From Macrostomum lignano (lineage: Eukaryota), in NCBI GenBank assembly GCA_002269645.1, contig NIVC01000049.1, positions 259,578 to 323,577 on the forward strand: a stretch of 64,000 nucleotides of DNA, given 5' to 3'. The notes below the pieces were generated by a model, which did no database searches, was not told the origin of the DNA, and worked only from the letters and a program-made list of their open reading frames with translations. Numbering within the stretch: position 1 is the stretch's first letter; each line of letters opens with the position of its first letter. A program made the position numbers and the translations under genes. Positions 62,442 through 64,000 of the stretch are shown here, in pieces.

Positions 62442-63014
62442 AAGCCAAATAAAGTGCATCATGGTACAGCATAGAGCCGGATGTAGGGCGAGTGAGTAGA
62501 TAGCAGAGCATATGCTTGTTAAGAATGATGCGAAGGAGGGAGGGGCGAGTATAGATCGATTCTAAGCCATCCAATCCGAATATAGCATGTAAGCCTGAGC
62601 TCTCGCCATGCCCCATCTCTCTCCCTCCCTCCCTTGCAAGAGCTGGTATGGGCAAGGCAGAAAAAATTGGAGATGAAGAATGTCGAAGGAATTTTTGGCG
62701 CACCCGCCCACTCCTTCCGGCCTGTTGTTTCTCCTTTCGTGCGTCCCGCAGCCTCCGCTTCATCATGTTTTATTTTAATCCTCCCGTGTCGCCGAGTAAG
62801 CCAGCTATTCGCATCACTGCTCAAAAATAGACACACTTGCTGGCTGCCCATTTTTGTAACTAAACAGCCTGGAATCTTTGCAATATTTTTCTAAACTAAG
62901 TATTGACAATTATAGGGTTGAAGACAAAACGGGGGCGGTTGCGAACTTATATTCATCCTCAAGAGTGATAGGGCTTGTAATTTTACTTCTGTGCTTGCAC
63001 TTAGACGACACTGA

Positions 63015-63025
63015 GACAGACAAGC

Positions 63026-63078
<53 letters not shown>

Positions 63079-63133
63079 CACAGACACACAGACAGACAGA
63101 CAGACATACAGACAGACAAGCAGACAGACGGAC

Positions 63134-63169
<36 letters not shown>

Positions 63170-63172
63170 GAC

Positions 63173-63241
<69 letters not shown>

Positions 63242-63332
63242 CACAGACACACAGACAGACAGACAGACATACAGACAGACAAGCAGACAGACGGACAGAT
63301 AGACAGACAGATAGACAGACAGACAGACGGAC

Positions 63333-63373
<41 letters not shown>

Positions 63374-63376
63374 GGC

Positions 63377-63419
<43 letters not shown>

Positions 63420-64000
63420 TAAAGTCACCCTGATTCCAGTGATTTACAAAGGAACTCTTCCCCAAAATAGAAGCCCTACCCGGCGCTCTCAGGCAAGGAA
63501 AATCATGTTTTTGCGTTCTTTTCTGCTTAAAGGGGAAATGTTATTGAACGAAATTGCCCATCGCCTGACATTGACAGAGTTTGCCCGCAGCTATCACTAG
63601 GATTCGCTGATTAAGTCGGGGATAAATAGGAGCGATAATTGTAACTCGTGACAGCAGAGTCTGCTGGAGGGGCTGATCTGTACCCGTACAATCCTTCGCA
63701 CTTGTAGATGCACAGATTGTAAACATTTTTATTATGGTTTCAGTATAACATACAGAAAGACAGGCATAAGACAGAGTGACAGACGGACACAGATAGAGTG
63801 ACAGACGGACACAGGCAGGTGAACAGTCAGACAGGAACAGACACAGTGACAGACAGACGGACACAGACAGAGTGACAGACAGACGGACACAGGTAGAGTG
63901 ACAGACAGACAGACGGGCACAGACAGAGTGACAGACAGACGGACACAGACGGAGTGACAGACAGAGTGACAGACAGACGAACACAGGCGGAGTGAAGACA
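63015..64000. repeat. (CAGA)n microsatellite (63015-63420) and degenerate GACA repeat (63760-64000)
   Basis: Direct inspection. Confidence 0.93.

Overview
Repeat-rich animal (eukaryotic) genomic DNA with GT-AG introns; no prokaryotic features and no CRISPR array. Gene and repeat style suggests a free-living flatworm such as Macrostomum, but this is inference only. Genes: (-) 5' part of an anoctamin/TMEM16 gene (5 exons, 2017-8328, running off the window start); (-) two-exon CCDC103/DNAAF19; (+) three-exon PWWP-domain gene (PWWP2-like); (+) ENT-domain (EMSY-like) exon; (+) four tandem torsin-activator (LAP1/LULL1, TOR1AIP-like) ORFs at 33.2-42.8 kb; (-) an orphan 244-aa ORF at 47.8-48.5 kb. 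Between them lie many satellites and microsatellites, tRNA-derived SINEs, hAT, Tc1/mariner, Mutator-like and MITE elements, and LINE and Gypsy remnants. Most long ORFs in the supplied track are translations of simple repeats. Main finding: a four-gene LAP1/LULL1-like array that keeps the WARI arginine-finger motif, has a distinct 7-cysteine luminal signature, shows mosaic homogenisation and has unrelated N-termini. These four ORFs and the EMSY-like exon each follow an in-frame (phase 0) splice acceptor, which fits an operon whose start codons could come from a flatworm spliced-leader AUG.
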